From: Lentzea sp.
Lineage (GTDB): Bacteria > Actinomycetota > Actinomycetes > Mycobacteriales > Pseudonocardiaceae
Reading direction: 5' to 3'
Assembly: GCF_036380075.1 (NCBI RefSeq)
Contig: NZ_DASVFL010000067.1
Coordinates: 27,676 to 91,675 of the forward strand
Length of the DNA stretch: 64,000 nucleotides
The notes under the pieces were generated by a model that did not search any database, had not been told where the DNA came from, and worked only from the letters and a program-made list of their open reading frames with translations. A program made the translations under genes and the position numbers. This document shows positions 36,732-50,190 of this stretch, piece by piece (the first letter of the stretch is position 1; every line of letters begins with the position of its first letter).

Positions 36732-37640
36732 TCAGAGAACGGAGCGCGGCATCTTCGGCTTCGGGTTGAAGGCGATGCCCTCGACGACCTTGCGGAAGAG
36801 CTTGGTGCGGATGGACCACGGCACGTTGCCGTGGCGCAGGCCCTGCACCAGGCGGGCGAGGAACTTCAGCCAGGACACCGGGTTCTCGTGGTGCAGGCGG
36901 AAGGACGACTCGTTGCGGGCGCCGTACTCGAACTTCCACAGGTTCGACGCGTTGACGTCGCCGAAGTTCACGCCGCGGTTCACACCGAGGTCGTGGACCA
37001 CGACGCTGCGCAGGACCTGCACGCCGGGGCCGGCCTTGGTGATGCGCAGGGTGTACTCCTGGTCGTCGAACCAGATGAAGTACTCCGTGAGCGGCAGGCC
37101 GAACTTGGTGAGCGCCCAGCGCGGGAACAGCACCGAGACGAACGAGCAGTGCGTGACCAGGACGTTCTCCTGGCCCTTCGCGATCAGCTTGCCCCAGTCC
37201 CAGGTGGTGCCGGGGTTGTTCATCTCGCAGATGTTGCCGTCGACCCACTTGACCAGCGAGCACGCGTAGGGCAGCTGCATGCCCATGGCCTCCTCGGCCT
37301 TCGCGTGCCCGTTGATGAGCTCCTCGAGGGCGTCCGAGTTGGCGTAGCAGTCGTCATCCATGATCCAGATGAAGTCCGCGCCGAGCTCGTAGCTCTTGTT
37401 CATGCCGGTCGCGAAACCGCCCGCGCCACCGGTGTTCTCCTTGAGCCGCACGACGACGACGCCGTCGATCTGCTCGTACTCCTTGAGCACCTCGTCGGTG
37501 CCGTCGGTGGAGGCGTTGTCGACGACGACGACCCACTCGGGCCGGCGGGTCTGCGCGAGGACGTGGTCGAGGACCGTTGTGAGCTTGTCCTTGCGGTTGT
37601 AGGTGACGACAACGGCGGCGACAGTGCTCACTTGAGCCAT
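36732..37640 (-). CDS. GT2 glycosyltransferase (GlfT1/Galf-transferase-like)
   Basis: VVTYNRKD, VDNASTDGT, ENTGGAGGF, WIMDDD, YFIWFDDQEY, YGARN. Confidence 0.9.
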   Translation of the reverse strand: MAQVSTVAAVVVTYNRKDKLTTVLDHVLAQTRRPEWVVVVDNASTDGTDEVLKEYEQIDGVVVVRLKENTGGAGGFATGMNKSYELGADFIWIMDDDCYANSDALEELINGHAKAEEAMGMQLPYACSLVKWVDGNICEMNNPGTTWDWGKLIAKGQENVLVTHCSFVSVLFPRWALTKFGLPLTEYFIWFDDQEYTLRITKAGPGVQVLRSVVVHDLGVNRGVNFGDVNASNLWKFEYGARNESSFRLHHENPVSWLKFLARLVQGLRHGNVPWSIRTKLFRKVVEGIAFNPKPKMPRSVL

Positions 37641-39268
37641 CCTTGGTAGAGGTCGCGCGTCCAGTCCTCGGCACGCGGCAGCTTCGCGAAGGCCTCGGCC
37701 TTGGCGGCCTGCTCGTCGAGCCAGGTCTTGCGCTGGTCGGGAGAGGTCATCATGGTGCGGATCCGGGCCGCTGCGGCCTGGACGAAGGCGTAGGGGTGAC
37801 GCGGGCACAGCAGGTCGTCGGCGATCAGCGACGACTGCGAGCCGACGTCCGCCGACACGACGGGCACACCCGCGGCCGTCGCTTCGAAGGACGTGAGAGT
37901 CAGGCCCTCGTTGTCCGATGAGACGACGAGCACGTCGGAGTCGCGGAAGGTGTCGCTCACCGGGCGGTCGGGACCGCGCAGCTCGACGGAGCCGCCCAGG
38001 CGGGCGACCAGGCTGTTCACCTCGGCGGCCAGCTCTCCGTGGCCGTGGACGATGAACCGCACCTCGCGCGGCGAGTTCTTCTTCAGCTCGGCGGCCAGCT
38101 GCAGGAACAGGTACGGGCGCTTCTGCTGCGTGAACCGGCCGACGAACGCCACCGTGAACGGGTTGCTCTCGACGGCTTCCTCGGCACCGACCGCGATACC
38201 GCCGGTGGTGAGGCCCGCGAGCGTCGCGAACACGACCTTCTCCTGGTCGAGCCCGTGCTTGCCGACCAGGTGGTCGCGCAGCTGGGGCGAGATCACGTGG
38301 TGCTGGTCGATCATGTTCGACAGCCGCACGGAGATGTCGACGAACCCGCCGGTGCGCCACTCGAGGACGTGCAGCGAGTCGACGACCGGGATGTCCGGGC
38401 GGACCGACTTGATCCACGGCAGCAGGTTGTAGAGCCACGTGCAGTGGTGCAGGTGGATGCCGCGCACGTCGAACGCCGAGAGCACGCCGTTGAGGAAGGC
38501 GGACTCCTGCTTCGGGTCCAGCGGCAGGTTCAACGGCACGACCAGCGCGCCCTCGAGCTCCGGCCGCGTGATCCACTCGTGCGGGGAGGGGCGGTCGGTG
38601 ACCACGATCGGCGTGAAGCCGGCCTCCTTGGCGAGGCGGATCGTGTCGATCGCCCAGCGCTCGGCGCCGCCCAGCTCCAGCCAGTGCAGGCCGAACAGGA
38701 TCGCCGGCGTGTCGCCGTGGGGCCTCGCCGCGGTGCCGCGGCTGAGCCGGACCGGGGCCTTGCGCGGCACGTCACGGCCCTTGCGCTCGACCATGTCCGT
38801 GCGGAACTGCCGCAGCGCGTCGAACTGGACGGGTGCGAGGAACCGGACGGCCTTGCGGGCCTTGCCCAGCACACCGGTCAGCTGGTGGTAGGCGGTGAGC
38901 GCGGCGGGCTGGCCGCCGATGTCGAGCGCCACGTCGACCAGGCCCTCGGTCGCGGCCGAGTGCTGGTCGGTGACAGTGGGGGCCGTGCTGCGCACGACCA
39001 GTGAACCGACGACCTCGCGGTCGTCCTCCCACGCGATGGTGGTGCGTTCCTCGTCTGTCAGCGCGGGCAGCGTGCCGGAAGGGCCGCGCACCACCGTGAA
39101 GCGGAAGGTCTGACCTGGTCCAGCGAGGGAGTGGAAGTTCGCAGCTCCCACGACCAGGCGCCGCTCGCGCTCGTCGAGGAAGGCGTTTCCACCGGTCAGG
39201 CCTACACCGCTGTCGTCGAGCACCTCGAAAACAGGGGAAGGCTGGGAATACACAGGCGTGTCCGTCAC
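37628..39268 (-). CDS. GT4 glycosyltransferase with an unassigned N-terminal region
   Basis: HWLELGGAERW, FVGRFTQQKRP, SDNEGLTLTSFEA, SADVG; about 190 aa N-terminal extension. Confidence 0.88.
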   Translation of the reverse strand: MTDTPVYSQPSPVFEVLDDSGVGLTGGNAFLDERERRLVVGAANFHSLAGPGQTFRFTVVRGPSGTLPALTDEERTTIAWEDDREVVGSLVVRSTAPTVTDQHSAATEGLVDVALDIGGQPAALTAYHQLTGVLGKARKAVRFLAPVQFDALRQFRTDMVERKGRDVPRKAPVRLSRGTAARPHGDTPAILFGLHWLELGGAERWAIDTIRLAKEAGFTPIVVTDRPSPHEWITRPELEGALVVPLNLPLDPKQESAFLNGVLSAFDVRGIHLHHCTWLYNLLPWIKSVRPDIPVVDSLHVLEWRTGGFVDISVRLSNMIDQHHVISPQLRDHLVGKHGLDQEKVVFATLAGLTTGGIAVGAEEAVESNPFTVAFVGRFTQQKRPYLFLQLAAELKKNSPREVRFIVHGHGELAAEVNSLVARLGGSVELRGPDRPVSDTFRDSDVLVVSSDNEGLTLTSFEATAAGVPVVSADVGSQSSLIADDLLCPRHPYAFVQAAAARIRTMMTSPDQRKTWLDEQAAKAEAFAKLPRAEDWTRDLYQGWLK

Positions 39269-39567
39269 GTCTCTCGGAGTGGTTGGTCGGCGCTCACCGC
39301 GGACGGGGAGCCGAGCGAGGCCGATGGTACCGGCCCGGCGGACAGGACCGTGCATCACTGTCCTGTCCTAGCGTCGCTCACCCTTCCGGGGATGTGATGT
39401 TGCTCTGCGTGGACGAGGATGTGGACTCGTTCCTTCCAGTCACCCCATCGGGTGTGGCATCGTGCTCGGGCGCACTCCGCAGCGCGCCTGTCTTGCCCCT
39501 CCGTCGGCCGGCCCTCACGCGGCGGTATCGGGGAGCGGCAGCTCCGGTCACCCGCTCAAGGACGTCG

Positions 39568-40707
39568 ATGTCGCAGTTAACGCATGCCCAGTTCCTGGCC
39601 CTGCGCCGCTTCCCCGCCCTCGACGGACTGCGCGCGATCGCGGCCGTGATGGTCGTGTTCAGCCACTACGGCGGGCACCGGTGGGCGCCGTACGCCGGCT
39701 GGCTGGGTGTGCACCTGTTCTTCGTCATCTCCGGGTTCCTCATCACGACGCTCGCGCTGCGCGAGGAGGACCGCAACGGCCGCGTGTCGGTGCGGAACTT
39801 CTGGATCCGCCGGATCTTCCGCCTGATGCCCGTCTACTACGTCGTGCTCGGCGCGACCGTCCTGCTGTACTTCCTGCGCGGCGAGTTCTTCAGCGCGCGT
39901 GTGGACGAGGTGCTGCCGTACTACCTGACGTTCAACAACGAGTACATCGCCGCCGGGCACATCTTCGGCCACTCGTGGACGCTCGCGATCGAGCAGAAGT
40001 TCTACATCGTCTGGCCGGTGATCGCGTTCGCGCTGGGCGCGATGCCGTTCGGCCGCCGGCTCTCCGTCGCGTTCGGCGCGATCGGCCTGCTCGTCGCCGC
40101 GATGGTCGTGCCGTTCTACTCCTGGGGCACCCCGTCCTACATCGTCATCCTGATGGGCTGCGTGCTCGCGATCGCGATGCACTACCGGCAGGGGTTCGCG
40201 GTCGTGCGGCACCTGACCCACCCGGTCGCCGGGTTCGTGTTCGCGATCGGCCTGGTCGCCCTGCACCTGACCGCCATGTCGTGGCTGTCGGCGTTCGGCG
40301 GCGACACCGTCCTCATCCTGGTCTACGGCGCGTGCGTGTTCCTGCTGCTGCCCGGCCTCTTCGCCGGCGGTCCGCTGGTGTCGTTCCTGTCCCTCAAGCC
40401 CATGAGGTTCGTCGGCGAGCGTTCCTACTCGCTCTACCTGATCCAGCAGTTCGCGGCCATCGTCCTGATGGCGGCGATGCCGGTGTTCAAGGTCGAGCGG
40501 ACCATCAGCGCCGTCGCGGTCACCCTCGTCGGCCTGATGATCGCGGACCTGCTGTACCGGTGGGTGGAGCAGCCGATGATCGAGGTCGGCCGCAGGCTCA
40601 TCGCCAGGATCGGCAGGCCCGGCGGGCCCCGGCGCGACGAGCCGGCGCCCGCTGCGCCCGAAGCCGCCCGCGGTGAAGCTCCGCAGCTCGTCCCGAATAC
40701 AGTGTGA
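39568..40707 (+). CDS. Acyltransferase family 3 (OafA-like membrane O-acyltransferase)
   Basis: PALDGLRAIAA, GVHLFFVISGFLIT, RRIFRLMP, HSWTLAIEQKFY, GERSYSLYL, YRWVEQP. Confidence 0.95.
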   Translation: MSQLTHAQFLALRRFPALDGLRAIAAVMVVFSHYGGHRWAPYAGWLGVHLFFVISGFLITTLALREEDRNGRVSVRNFWIRRIFRLMPVYYVVLGATVLLYFLRGEFFSARVDEVLPYYLTFNNEYIAAGHIFGHSWTLAIEQKFYIVWPVIAFALGAMPFGRRLSVAFGAIGLLVAAMVVPFYSWGTPSYIVILMGCVLAIAMHYRQGFAVVRHLTHPVAGFVFAIGLVALHLTAMSWLSAFGGDTVLILVYGACVFLLLPGLFAGGPLVSFLSLKPMRFVGERSYSLYLIQQFAAIVLMAAMPVFKVERTISAVAVTLVGLMIADLLYRWVEQPMIEVGRRLIARIGRPGGPRRDEPAPAAPEAARGEAPQLVPNTV

Positions 40708-40748
40708 GCAAGCCCGGCTCAGCGGGTGACACCTGAGAGGCGAACCCG

Positions 40749-42689
40749 ATGAGTGCCCAGCTCGGCGTATTCAGTGTGCTGGTCGTGCTGCTGATGGCCC
40801 CTGGTCTCGCCGTCGGACTCGCGTCCGGCCTGCGGGGCTGGACGGCGGCCGCGGCGGCTCCCCTGCTGACCTTCGGCGTCATCGCGGTCTCCGCCTCGGT
40901 GGTGCCCGCCGTGCTCGGCCGCTGGTCGATCTGGGGCCTGCTGATCGCCACCGCCGTCGCCGCGCTCGCCGGTCTGGGCGTCCGCCTGGCCACCCGCCGC
41001 TGGACCGGCAGGACGCCGGCGGCCGGCCCGCTCGTGCCGTGGACCCGGTGGCAGCACGCGGGCGTCGCGGCCGCGGTGCTCGCGACCACCGCGCTCGGCC
41101 TGGTCGTGACCGCGCGGGCGACGCACATGCTGACCGACGTCCACCAGTTCTGGGACGCGAGCTTCCACGCCAACTCCGTCCGCTTCATCGAGGAGACCGG
41201 CCAGTCGCAGCCGTCGGCGCTGCGCGCGATCAACGACCAGGCGAACGCCGGGTTCACCTACCCGAACGGCTTCCACGTCCTCGGCGCGACGGTGCTCGGC
41301 CTGACCGGCGCCGCGATCACGATCGTGCTGAACACCCAGGCCGCGCTGCTGGCCGGCCTGCTCGCGCTCGGCGTCGCGGGCCTGGTCAGGGCCGCCGGTG
41401 GCCGTCCGCTGCTCGCCGGCGGCAGCGCCCTCGCGGCGGGCATGTTCTCCGCGTTCCCGTACGACCTCGAGTTCTTCGGCCCGATCTGGCCGTTCGCGAC
41501 CGGCCTCGCGCTGATGCCGGCGCTGCTCGCGCTGCTGATCCACAGCCTCGACCACGTGCGGCCCGCGCTGGTGGTGACCGCCGCGCTGGGCATCTGCGGG
41601 CTCGTCACGCTGCACCCCAGCGTCACGCTCGCCGCTGTCATCTTCGGCGTCTGCTACCTCGTGCAGCGCTGGGTGACCGCGCGCCGGGTGCCGCTGGTGG
41701 AGGCGGGGCTGCTGATCGCCGCCGGCGTCGTGTCGTCCGTCTACGCCGTCCCGCAGCTGCTCGGCATGGCGAGCACCGCGCAGAGCGGCACGTTCGAATG
41801 GCCGCTGCACGACAACGCCGCCGACTCGCTGGGCCAGCTCTTCTTCCTCGGCCACGAGGCCGCCCGGCCGCAGTGGTGGCTGGTGGCGGCGATGGTCCTC
41901 GGCCTGGTGGGCGTCCGGCGCCTGAAGCCCATGTACTGGTGGCTCGCGGGCGGTCTGGTCTTCTCCGGCCTGTTCGTGATGACGACGTCCTACAAGGGCC
42001 CGCTCGTCGCGGCGCTGACCGGCTTCTGGTGGAACGACCGCTGGCGGTTCGCCGCGCTCGTCGTCCCGGCCATGGTCGTGCTCGCCGGCCACGGGCTCGT
42101 CGTCGCGCGCGACGGTCTCGCGACCCTGCTGCGCCGCCGTCCCGAACAGCTGGCGGTCTGGCAGCGGCTGGTCGCCACCGGCCTCGTGGTCGGCCTGTTC
42201 TTCGTCCTCAGCAACGCCTTCTACCAGGGCCGCAACGTGCAGCGGATCATCGGCGCGTACAACGGCGGCTACCCCACGGTGACGAAGGCCGAGCAGGAGG
42301 GCATCGACAAGCTCGCGACGATCGTGGGCGAGAACGACCTCGTCATGAACGACCCGCGCGACGGTTCGGCGTGGATGTGGGCGTTGGACGACGTCCACCC
42401 CGTGTTCGGCCACGTGCTCGGCGAGACGCCGCCCGCGAAGTCGGTCGGCGAGGACAGGGTCGCGCTCTTCACGCGGTTCAACAAGATCGACACCGACCCG
42501 CAGATCCGGTCGATCGTCGAGAAGATGCGCATCACGTACGTCTACGAGGGCTGGGGTTTCGCCGCCCCGTTCCTGACCCGCGCCCCCGGCATGACCGACC
42601 TGGACCAGGTCAAGGCGCTGGAGCCGGTGTTCAGCAACGAGCACGTGAAGATCTACCGCGTCGACGTGGGCGCGAGTCAGGGGCGTTGA
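40749..42689 (+). CDS. Multi-pass membrane protein, DUF6541 / Rv3779-like (GT-C-type transferase)
   Basis: WDASFHANSVRFI, YPNGFH, FPY....GPIWPFA, TGFWWNDRWR, VMNDPRDGSAWMWA, YVY. Confidence 0.75.
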   Translation: MSAQLGVFSVLVVLLMAPGLAVGLASGLRGWTAAAAAPLLTFGVIAVSASVVPAVLGRWSIWGLLIATAVAALAGLGVRLATRRWTGRTPAAGPLVPWTRWQHAGVAAAVLATTALGLVVTARATHMLTDVHQFWDASFHANSVRFIEETGQSQPSALRAINDQANAGFTYPNGFHVLGATVLGLTGAAITIVLNTQAALLAGLLALGVAGLVRAAGGRPLLAGGSALAAGMFSAFPYDLEFFGPIWPFATGLALMPALLALLIHSLDHVRPALVVTAALGICGLVTLHPSVTLAAVIFGVCYLVQRWVTARRVPLVEAGLLIAAGVVSSVYAVPQLLGMASTAQSGTFEWPLHDNAADSLGQLFFLGHEAARPQWWLVAAMVLGLVGVRRLKPMYWWLAGGLVFSGLFVMTTSYKGPLVAALTGFWWNDRWRFAALVVPAMVVLAGHGLVVARDGLATLLRRRPEQLAVWQRLVATGLVVGLFFVLSNAFYQGRNVQRIIGAYNGGYPTVTKAEQEGIDKLATIVGENDLVMNDPRDGSAWMWALDDVHPVFGHVLGETPPAKSVGEDRVALFTRFNKIDTDPQIRSIVEKMRITYVYEGWGFAAPFLTRAPGMTDLDQVKALEPVFSNEHVKIYRVDVGASQGR

Positions 42690-42692
42690 TCA

Positions 42693-43922
42693 GTGGTGGC
42701 GGCCGACACTCCGAAGCGGACCGGCAGGGTCGGCGCGCTGCTCGCCCAAGCCGGGGTCGCGATCGACCAGCTGGTGTTCAGCGGGATCACGTTCGTGCTG
42801 CAGATCGTCGCGGCGCGGGCGTCGAACCTGGCGGACTTCGGCGTCTTCTCGCTGGTCGCGATCGTGCAGATCGGCCAGTGGTACCTCGGGCGGGCGCTGA
42901 CGGCGGAGCCGTTGCTCGTCTCGCGGTCCGCCGGTGACGACCGCAAGCTGCGGGGCGCGGGGGCGACGTCGCTGTCGTTCGGCCTGCTGGTGGGCGCGGC
43001 GTGCGCGATCGCGGCGATCCCGTTCACCGGGCTCGCGCGGGAGCTGCTGCTGATCCAGGCGGTCGTCGCGCCGTTCACGTCCGTGCTCGACCACAGCCGG
43101 TACGTCCTGTACGCGAAGAAGCGCGCCGGTGTCGCCATCGCCCTCGACGCGGCGTGGCTGGTGCTGTTCGGCGCCGTGGCGGCGGTGTGGGCGGTCGTCG
43201 GCGAGCTGACCGCGACCACGACGTACCTGGTGTGGGCGCTGGCCGCGGTGCCGGTCGCGATCGCCGCGGTCGCGGTGACGGTGACCCCGCTCGCGCTGGG
43301 CCACGTGCGGGAGTGGGTGCGGGACCAGCGCAAGCTCATCCCCGGCTTCCTGATCGACGCGGCGTACCTGACGCTCAGCACCTGGGCCACGTTCGGCGTC
43401 GCGCTGGTCGTGGTCGGGTCGGACGGGCTCGGGCTGCTGCGCAAGGCGCTGATCCCGGTCACCGCGCTGATCGTGCTCTTCATCGGCATCAGCAACGCGC
43501 TGCTCGCGCACCTGGCGGGGCGGTCGGCGCGCGAGGTCGTCCGGCCGCCGGTGATGATCGCCGGACTGGCCGCCGTCGTGTGCGGCGTGACGGCTGTGCT
43601 GCTGCTCCTGCTGCCGGCTGACCTGCTCACGGCGGCGCTGGGCACGCCGTGGGAGCTGCTCCAGCCGGTCGTGATGGCCCTGCTCGCCTACGCGTTCCTG
43701 CTGACCAGCGCCCAGGCGGCGATGATGGCGGCCAAGGCCACCGGACGGGCGTGGCTCGGGCCGCGGGTGCGGACCGTCGAGTTCTGCCTGGAGGTGGGTC
43801 TCGGTGCCGCGCTCGGCGTGGCGTTCGGGGTCGTCGGCATCGCGGTCGGCATGGCGACGGCCTGGCTGGTCGCGAACGCGTTCGCGTGGCTGGGGCTGTT
43901 GAGGGGTCGCTCGAACGACTGA
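42693..43922 (+). CDS. Putative polysaccharide flippase (Wzx/MOP-like membrane protein)
   Basis: About 12 hydrophobic segments; DQLVFSGITFVLQIVAAR..DFGVFS; glycan-locus context. Confidence 0.65.
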   Translation: MVAADTPKRTGRVGALLAQAGVAIDQLVFSGITFVLQIVAARASNLADFGVFSLVAIVQIGQWYLGRALTAEPLLVSRSAGDDRKLRGAGATSLSFGLLVGAACAIAAIPFTGLARELLLIQAVVAPFTSVLDHSRYVLYAKKRAGVAIALDAAWLVLFGAVAAVWAVVGELTATTTYLVWALAAVPVAIAAVAVTVTPLALGHVREWVRDQRKLIPGFLIDAAYLTLSTWATFGVALVVVGSDGLGLLRKALIPVTALIVLFIGISNALLAHLAGRSAREVVRPPVMIAGLAAVVCGVTAVLLLLLPADLLTAALGTPWELLQPVVMALLAYAFLLTSAQAAMMAAKATGRAWLGPRVRTVEFCLEVGLGAALGVAFGVVGIAVGMATAWLVANAFAWLGLLRGRSND

Positions 43923-43928
43923 ACGCGC

Positions 43929-45071
43929 GTGTGGCAAGTTCTGCGCGTGCACCTGGTCGACATGCCCGCCTACTACCCCCCGCACAAGGGCGGCGTGGAG
44001 GCGTACACACATGAACTGCACCGCCGGATGCTCGAGGCGGACCCCGAGCTGCGCATCACCGTGTTCACCTCCGCGGTCGGCGCGCCGGCCGGGGTGGAGG
44101 AGCTGAGCGACCGCTGGAAGGTCGTGCGGTGGCCCGGTGGCGACATCATCGACCACTACCCGGTGCCGAAGCCCGGCTTCACGAAGCTGCTGCGCAGCCT
44201 GTGCGGACCGGACACGGTGCTGATGACGCACACCCGGTTCTACTGGCCGCACGCGTGGGCGGCGCTGTTCGCCAAGCGGAACAAGATCCGCCGCGTGCAC
44301 GTCGAGCACGGCTCCAGCCCGGTGCAGAGCGGCAACGCGGCCGTCCGCTTCGTGGCGTTCCTGGTCGACGCGCTGACCAGCCAGCCGGTGCTGCGCTGGG
44401 CGGACGAGGTCGTGGCCGTGTCCGGCTCCGCCGGCGAGTTCGTACGGAAGCTGGCCGGCCGCGAGGCGAAGGTGCTGCACCGCGGCATCGAGCTGGAGGA
44501 CGGCCTGGGCCCGCGGCCGCGCAGCGGTCCCCCGACCGCCTGCTTCGTCGGCCGGCTGATCAACGGCAAGGGTGTCGCCGACCTGCTCGACGCCACCGCC
44601 GCGGTGCACCGCGAGGGCGTCGACCTGAAGCTGCGGCTGTGCGGCGACGGCCCCGCTGCCGCCGAGCTGCGCGCCAAGGTGGCGTCGCTGGGCCTCACCG
44701 AGCACGTCGAGTTCCTCGGCGCGGTCGACCACGACACCGCGCTGAGCGAGATGGCCGCCGCGACGGTGTTCGTGAACCCGAGCTGGACCGAGGGCCTGCC
44801 GACGACGGTGCTCGAAGCGGCCGCGATCGGTGTCACCGTGGTGGCGACCGACGTCGGTGGCACGGCGGAGATCGTCGAGGACGGCGTGACCGGCTGGCTC
44901 GTGCCCCCGCGCGATCCCGCCGCGCTGGCGGCCGCTCTCGTGAAGGCGGTCACCGACCCCGAACGCGAGACGCGGGCCGCCAAGCTGCGCGCGAACACCC
45001 GTGCCCACTTCTCGTGGGACCGGGCCGTCGCGGAGTTCTTCGCACTGCTGGCTGCCCGGAAGTCCGCATAA
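43929..45071 (+). CDS. GT4 glycosyltransferase
   Basis: YPPHKGGVEAY, FVGRLINGKGV, PSWTEGLPTTVLEAAA, ATDVGGT. Confidence 0.93.
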   Translation: MWQVLRVHLVDMPAYYPPHKGGVEAYTHELHRRMLEADPELRITVFTSAVGAPAGVEELSDRWKVVRWPGGDIIDHYPVPKPGFTKLLRSLCGPDTVLMTHTRFYWPHAWAALFAKRNKIRRVHVEHGSSPVQSGNAAVRFVAFLVDALTSQPVLRWADEVVAVSGSAGEFVRKLAGREAKVLHRGIELEDGLGPRPRSGPPTACFVGRLINGKGVADLLDATAAVHREGVDLKLRLCGDGPAAAELRAKVASLGLTEHVEFLGAVDHDTALSEMAAATVFVNPSWTEGLPTTVLEAAAIGVTVVATDVGGTAEIVEDGVTGWLVPPRDPAALAAALVKAVTDPERETRAAKLRANTRAHFSWDRAVAEFFALLAARKSA

Positions 45072-45129
45072 CCGGCGCGCTAGCCTGTGCCAGTCCCTCA
45101 ACACCCCCACACTTCGCCAGGAGGTCCCA

Positions 45130-48058
<2,929 letters not shown>

Positions 48059-48108
48059 TTACGCGAGCCAAGTTCGTCGGACGCTGAACAGCTGGTTACC
48101 GTACGTCC

Positions 48109-48990
48109 GTGCGCGCTGGAATCGTGATTCTCCCGGAACACCGATGGTGGATCGCCGAACCCAAGTGGCGCGCGGCCGAGGAGTACGGGTTCCACCACGC
48201 GTGGACCTACGACCACCTCGGCTGGCGCACGCTGGTGGACGGCCCCTGGTTCGGCGCGGTCCCGACCCTGACAGCGGCCGCGCTGGTCACCTCGCGCATC
48301 AGGCTCGGGACGTTCGTCGCGAGCCCGAACTTCCGCCACCCGGTGCCGTTCGCCCGCGAGCTGCTGACGATCGACGACGTCTCCGACGGCCGGTTCACGC
48401 TCGGCGTCGGCGCAGGTGGGGCCGGGTACGACACGACCGTCACCGGCGCGAAGCCGTTGCTGCCGGGCGACCGGACGGCCCGGTTCGGCGAGTTCGTCGA
48501 GCTGCTCGACCAGCTGCTGTTCCAGGACCGCACGACGTGGAACGGCCGGTTCTACTCGGCGGAGGAGGCCCGCAGCGCGCCCGGTTGCGTGCAGCGGCCG
48601 CGGCTGCCGTTCGTGGTCGCCGCCAACGGCCCGAAGGCGATGGCGATCGCGGCCAGGTACGGCCAGGGCTGGGTCACGACCGGTCCGGAGACCGAGGACC
48701 ACGAGACGTGGTGGCGCGGGGTGGCGGAGATGTCCGAGCGCTTCACTGAGACGTTGGCCACGCAGGGCCGCACGTCGCGGGTGAACCGCTACCTCAACCT
48801 CGACTCGGCGCCGGTGTACTCGCTGTCGAGCGTCGAGTGCTTCGTCGACGCCGTCGGCAGGGCCGCTGAGCTGGGCTTCACCGACGTGGTGGCGCACTGG
48901 CCGCGGCACGACGGCGTCTACGCGGGCAGCGAGCAGGTCGTGGAGAACGTCGCGGCGGACGTGCTGCCGACGCTGGACCGGCACCTGTAA
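48109..48990 (+). CDS. LLM class flavin-dependent oxidoreductase
   Basis: WTYDHL, RIRLGTFVASPNFRHP, GRFTLGVGAG. Confidence 0.92.
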   Translation: MRAGIVILPEHRWWIAEPKWRAAEEYGFHHAWTYDHLGWRTLVDGPWFGAVPTLTAAALVTSRIRLGTFVASPNFRHPVPFARELLTIDDVSDGRFTLGVGAGGAGYDTTVTGAKPLLPGDRTARFGEFVELLDQLLFQDRTTWNGRFYSAEEARSAPGCVQRPRLPFVVAANGPKAMAIAARYGQGWVTTGPETEDHETWWRGVAEMSERFTETLATQGRTSRVNRYLNLDSAPVYSLSSVECFVDAVGRAAELGFTDVVAHWPRHDGVYAGSEQVVENVAADVLPTLDRHL

Positions 48991-49020
48991 CGGCACGTCG
49001 CTGTTTTAGATTCCGTCATC

Positions 49021-50190
49021 GTGCGCTCTGTTGTGGTGGTCGGTGGCGGAATCGTGGGGCTGGCGGTGGCCGCCGAGCTGGCCGCGCGCGGTGACCGCGT
49101 GACGGTGCTGGAGAAGGAGGGGCGCTGGGGCGCCCACCAGACCGGGCACAACTCGAACGTCGTGCACGCCGGCCTCTACTACAAGCCGGGTTCCTTGAAG
49201 GCGCGGATGTCGGTGGCCGGCAACGCGTCGATGATCGCCTTCGCCCGTGAGCACGGCGTGCCGGTCGAGGTGTGCGGGAAGCTCGTCGTGGCGACCTCCG
49301 AGGAGGAGCTGCCGCGGCTGCACGACCTGGCCGCCCGTGCGGAGGCGAACGGCGTGCCGGCGAAGCTGATCTCCGCTGCCGAGGCGCTCGAGTACGAGCC
49401 CGAGGTCGCCTGCGTGGCCGCGTTGCGCGTCGAGAGCACCGGGATCATCGACTACCCGGCCGTCTGCGCCGCCCTGGTGCGCTCGCTCGACGGCCACGAC
49501 CTGCGGTTGCGCTCACCCGCGCTGGCGATCAGGACGAACGGCGCCAAGGTGGAGGTGGCGACGCCGCAGGGGGTCGTCCGGGCCGACGTGCTGGTGAACT
49601 GCGCGGGCCTGCAGAGCGACCGGATCGCGCGGCTCGCGGGGCTCTCCCCCGCGGCGAGGATCGTCCCGTTCCGCGGGGAGTACTACGAGCTCAAGCGCAC
49701 GTCGCTGGTGCGCGGGCTGATCTACCCGGTGCCGGACCCGACGCTGCCGTTCCTCGGCGTGCACCTCACGCGGATGCTCGACGGCTCGGTGCACTGCGGC
49801 CCGAACGCGGTGCTCGCGTTGCGGCGCGAGGGCTACCGGTGGAGCGACGTGTCGCTGGGCGACATCGCCGACGTGGCGCGGTTCCCCGGCACGTGGCGGC
49901 TCGCCCGCAAGTACGCCCGGACCGGGGTCGAGGAGGTGCTGAGGTCGCTGTCGCGCAAGCGCTTCGCCGCCTCGCTCGCCCGGCTCGTGCCCGCGGTGCG
50001 CGAGGACGACCTGGTGCGCGCCGAGAGCGGTGTGCGGGCGCAGGCGATGCTGCCGGACGGGTCGCTCGTCGACGACTTCCTGATCCAGACCGCGGACCGC
50101 CAGGTGCACGTGCTGAACGCGCCCTCACCGGCGGCGACGGGCTCGCTGGAGATCGCGAAGCACGTCGCCGACCGGCTGGGGACGGACTAG
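49021..50190 (+). CDS. lhgO: L-2-hydroxyglutarate oxidase
   Basis: [58 protein letters not shown]. Confidence 0.93.
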   Translation: MRSVVVVGGGIVGLAVAAELAARGDRVTVLEKEGRWGAHQTGHNSNVVHAGLYYKPGSLKARMSVAGNASMIAFAREHGVPVEVCGKLVVATSEEELPRLHDLAARAEANGVPAKLISAAEALEYEPEVACVAALRVESTGIIDYPAVCAALVRSLDGHDLRLRSPALAIRTNGAKVEVATPQGVVRADVLVNCAGLQSDRIARLAGLSPAARIVPFRGEYYELKRTSLVRGLIYPVPDPTLPFLGVHLTRMLDGSVHCGPNAVLALRREGYRWSDVSLGDIADVARFPGTWRLARKYARTGVEEVLRSLSRKRFAASLARLVPAVREDDLVRAESGVRAQAMLPDGSLVDDFLIQTADRQVHVLNAPSPAATGSLEIAKHVADRLGTD

